From Candidatus Moraniibacteriota bacterium (GTDB lineage: Bacteria > Patescibacteriota > Minisyncoccia > Moranbacterales > UBA2206), in assembly GCA_049303905.1 (NCBI GenBank), contig JBAQNP010000036.1:1-21860 (forward strand): a stretch of 21,860 bases of DNA, read 5' to 3'. A model generated the notes under the pieces. It searched no databases, was not told the DNA's origin, and saw nothing but the letters and a program-made list of their open reading frames with translations. The translations under genes were made by a program, and so were the position numbers. Below, one piece after another: positions 19,520 to 21,860 of this stretch (position 1 is the stretch's first letter; each line of letters starts with the position of its first letter).

Positions 19520-20527
19520 ATGTTTGTAAGAAAGATCGGTATAGATTTAGGAACGGCTAATATCTTAGTGTTTGTTCCAGGCAAAGGAATTGTGGCTAAT
19601 GAACCAAGCGTGGTGGCAGTTTCGATTTTTGAGAATAAGGTTTTGGCCGTGGGTAATGAAGCCAAAGAAATGCTTGGGCGTACTCCAGATACAATTATCG
19701 CAAGTCGTCCAATGAAGGATGGTGTTATTGCTGATTACAAAATCACTGAAGCCATGCTCAAATATTTTATCAATAAAGTTAGTGGAAGATTTCGTCTAAT
19801 CAAACCAGAAGTTATGATTTCTATCCCAGTTGGCGTCACTTCTACTGAAAGAAGAGCAGTGATTGACGCCGCTATTCGAGCGGGCGCAAAAGCAGCTTAT
19901 GTTGTCAAAGAACCGATGTTGGCTGCAATTGGCGCGGGCATTCCTATTGCTAATGCTTCAGGAAATATGATAATTAATATTGGTGGTGGAACTTCCGAGA
20001 TAGCTGTCATTTCTTTGGGCGGAGTTGTGAGTGCCACAAGTGCGCGAGTAGGTGGAAATAAATTTGATCAAGCTATTGCGGATTATATAAAAAGAAAATA
20101 TAGTTTAGCGATCGGAGATCGAACAGCCGAGGAGATAAAGATAAAAATTGGATCAGCTATCCCGCAAATGAAAGAAGAGTATGCTGATGTTAGGGGGCGA
20201 GATCTTACGGGAGGGCTTCCAAAGTCGATAAAAATTTCTTCTAATGAAATTACCGAAGCTATTCAAGATGAGCTCAGGGAAATAATAAATGCAATTAAAA
20301 AAGTTTTACAAGAAACTCCACCAGAACTTTCCGCGGACATTATGGATAAGGGGATGGTAATTTCCGGCGGAGGAGCGCTAATTAAAAATATTGACCAGCT
20401 TATCACTAAAACTATTGGTGTGCCAAGCTACACTGCTGATGACCCATTGTTTTGTGTAATCAAGGGTATCGGTATCGCTCTAGATAATCTAGAATTGTAT
20501 AAAAGAACTATAATGTTGAGTAAATAA
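19520..20527 (+). CDS. mreB: Rod shape-determining protein MreB (actin homolog).
   Basis: GIDLGTANILVF phosphate-1 motif and actin-fold blocks (DAAIRAGA, INIGGGTSEIAVISLGG, VISGGGALIKNID). Starts 14 nt after the murA stop, so likely co-transcribed. Confidence 0.9.
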   Translation: MFVRKIGIDLGTANILVFVPGKGIVANEPSVVAVSIFENKVLAVGNEAKEMLGRTPDTIIASRPMKDGVIADYKITEAMLKYFINKVSGRFRLIKPEVMISIPVGVTSTERRAVIDAAIRAGAKAAYVVKEPMLAAIGAGIPIANASGNMIINIGGGTSEIAVISLGGVVSATSARVGGNKFDQAIADYIKRKYSLAIGDRTAEEIKIKIGSAIPQMKEEYADVRGRDLTGGLPKSIKISSNEITEAIQDELREIINAIKKVLQETPPELSADIMDKGMVISGGGALIKNIDQLITKTIGVPSYTADDPLFCVIKGIGIALDNLELYKRTIMLSK

Positions 20528-20591
20528 ATTCACATAACATGCAACATGAAATATGTAACAAGATTGTTTCGTGCTACATGTTTCATGCTTC

Positions 20592-21689
20592 ATGATAATA
20601 GGTATTGACGGTTCGCGAGCCTTTCTGGCACAGAGAACTGGTATTGAAGAATATTCTTACCAGGTGATAAAAAGCCTAAGAGGGAAGATAAAAAAAACAT
20701 CCCAAGTTGTTTTGTATTTGAGAAAAGGTCAAGAAGTTGATTTTGATTTGTCAAAAAACCTGCCTGCCGGTGAGACAGGTTGGAAAATAAAAGTTTTAAG
20801 ATGGCCAAGATTTTGGACGCAAATCGGACTTTCCTTGGAAATACTTTTGCATCCTGTGGATGTTCTTTTTATCCCAGCACATGTCGCACCAATAATTCAT
20901 CCGACAAAAACTTTTGTTGTGGTGCATGGATTAGAATATGAGATTATAAAAGAAGCCTATTCTTTTTGGGAAAGAATTTACATGCGCAACTCGATAAAAC
21001 TATCTTGTCGATGGGCCAAAAAAATAATTGCAGTTTCCAAAAATACGAAAAAAGATTTAATTGAATTGTATAAGATACCAGAAAAGAAGATTGAGGTTAT
21101 TTATAATGGTTTAAATATTGAACAAAAAACAAAAAATAGCGAGCAATATGAAAAATATAAACCATACTTGCTTTTTGTTAGTCGACTGGAAAAAAGAAAA
21201 AATGTGGCAGGAATAATTTCGGCCTTTGAAATTTTAAAGGAAAAATATAAAATAAAACATAAATTGGTTTTAGCTGGAAGGCCGGGATTTGGATATCAAG
21301 AAATAAAAATTAAAATGAACAATAGTGAGTATAAAGATGAGATAATTGAATTTGGGTTTGCTCAAGAAGATGAGAAATTTAATTTAATTAAAAATGCAGA
21401 AGTTTTTTTGTTTCCAACTTTCTATGAAGGTTTTGGATTGCCTATTTTAGAAGCTCAAAGTCTGGGAGTTCCGGTGGTCACTTCCAATGTTTCTTCTTTG
21501 CCTGAAGTGGGTGGAGATAGCGTGGCTTATGCAACCCCGACTGAGCCAATAAGCATCGCAGATTCGATTTATAAAATAATTAGCGACAATAATTTTAAAA
21601 ATGCTATAATAGAAAAAGGATATGAGAATGTGAAAAAATTTAGCTGGGATAAATGCGCAAGCGAGATAGTAAGATTATTGATGGACTAA
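20592..21689 (+). CDS. Glycosyltransferase, group 1 (CAZy GT4-type).
   Basis: C-terminal EX7E region FPTFYEGFGLPILEAQSLGVPVVTS. The true start is probably the internal ATG at 20592 (MIIGIDGSRAF...) rather than the ORF-track start at 20571. Confidence 0.8.
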   Translation: MIIGIDGSRAFLAQRTGIEEYSYQVIKSLRGKIKKTSQVVLYLRKGQEVDFDLSKNLPAGETGWKIKVLRWPRFWTQIGLSLEILLHPVDVLFIPAHVAPIIHPTKTFVVVHGLEYEIIKEAYSFWERIYMRNSIKLSCRWAKKIIAVSKNTKKDLIELYKIPEKKIEVIYNGLNIEQKTKNSEQYEKYKPYLLFVSRLEKRKNVAGIISAFEILKEKYKIKHKLVLAGRPGFGYQEIKIKMNNSEYKDEIIEFGFAQEDEKFNLIKNAEVFLFPTFYEGFGLPILEAQSLGVPVVTSNVSSLPEVGGDSVAYATPTEPISIADSIYKIISDNNFKNAIIEKGYENVKKFSWDKCASEIVRLLMD

Positions 21690-21740
21690 GTTTGTTTGTA
21701 ATAAAAAGTAAAGTATAGCGCGCGACATTTTGAATAACGT

Positions 21741-21775
21741 TGCGTGTATCCGAAGTCACGCACTAATTTTTCGTT
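21741..21775 (+). terminator. Weak terminator-like hairpin TGCGTG-N10-CACGCA followed by a T-rich tract.
   Basis: Seen directly, about 50 nt after the glycosyltransferase stop. Confidence 0.3.
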
Positions 21776-21860
21776 GTTAAAAAATAAAAACTGAAAAGTA
21801 ATAATAACCATATTTAATGCTCAACCCCATCCAAAGCCCACGAAAATTTGTGCGGGATTT

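Noticed and set aside
21817-21860. ATG at 21817 opens a + frame (MLNPIQSPRKFVRD...) running off the end of the window
   Set aside because: Only 14 codons are visible. No SD. Cannot be distinguished from noise with the available sequence.

Overview
All twelve genes in this window sit on the + strand in an AT-rich context (roughly low-to-mid 30s % GC by eye), with short, weakly SD-dependent intergenic regions and a heavily interrupted 23S rRNA. That fits a Patescibacteria/CPR-like bacterium. Most of the content is housekeeping: gyrB, an rRNA operon with 23S and 5S only (no 16S, no tRNA found), a SEDS RodA/FtsW gene, rplY (L25/Ctc), murA, mreB, a GT4 glycosyltransferase, a NUDIX hydrolase and an AstE/AspA-family hydrolase. 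The 23S rRNA is unusual. It carries a group I intron (12517..13236) inserted at the classic I-CreI homing site (E. coli 2593 equivalent), and the intron encodes a single-motif LAGLIDADG homing endonuclease. It also has AT-rich intervening or expansion segments at helices 9, 25, 45 and 79. The standout is the first gene (418..3372, 984 aa). It is a full-length homolog of the eukaryotic major vault protein, with Vault repeats, an SPFH-like shoulder and a C-terminal coiled-coil cap helix. It is visibly more GC-rich than its surroundings and has host-like promoter, SD and terminator flanks. This is a candidate horizontally acquired vault-like shell protein in a tiny-genome bacterium.
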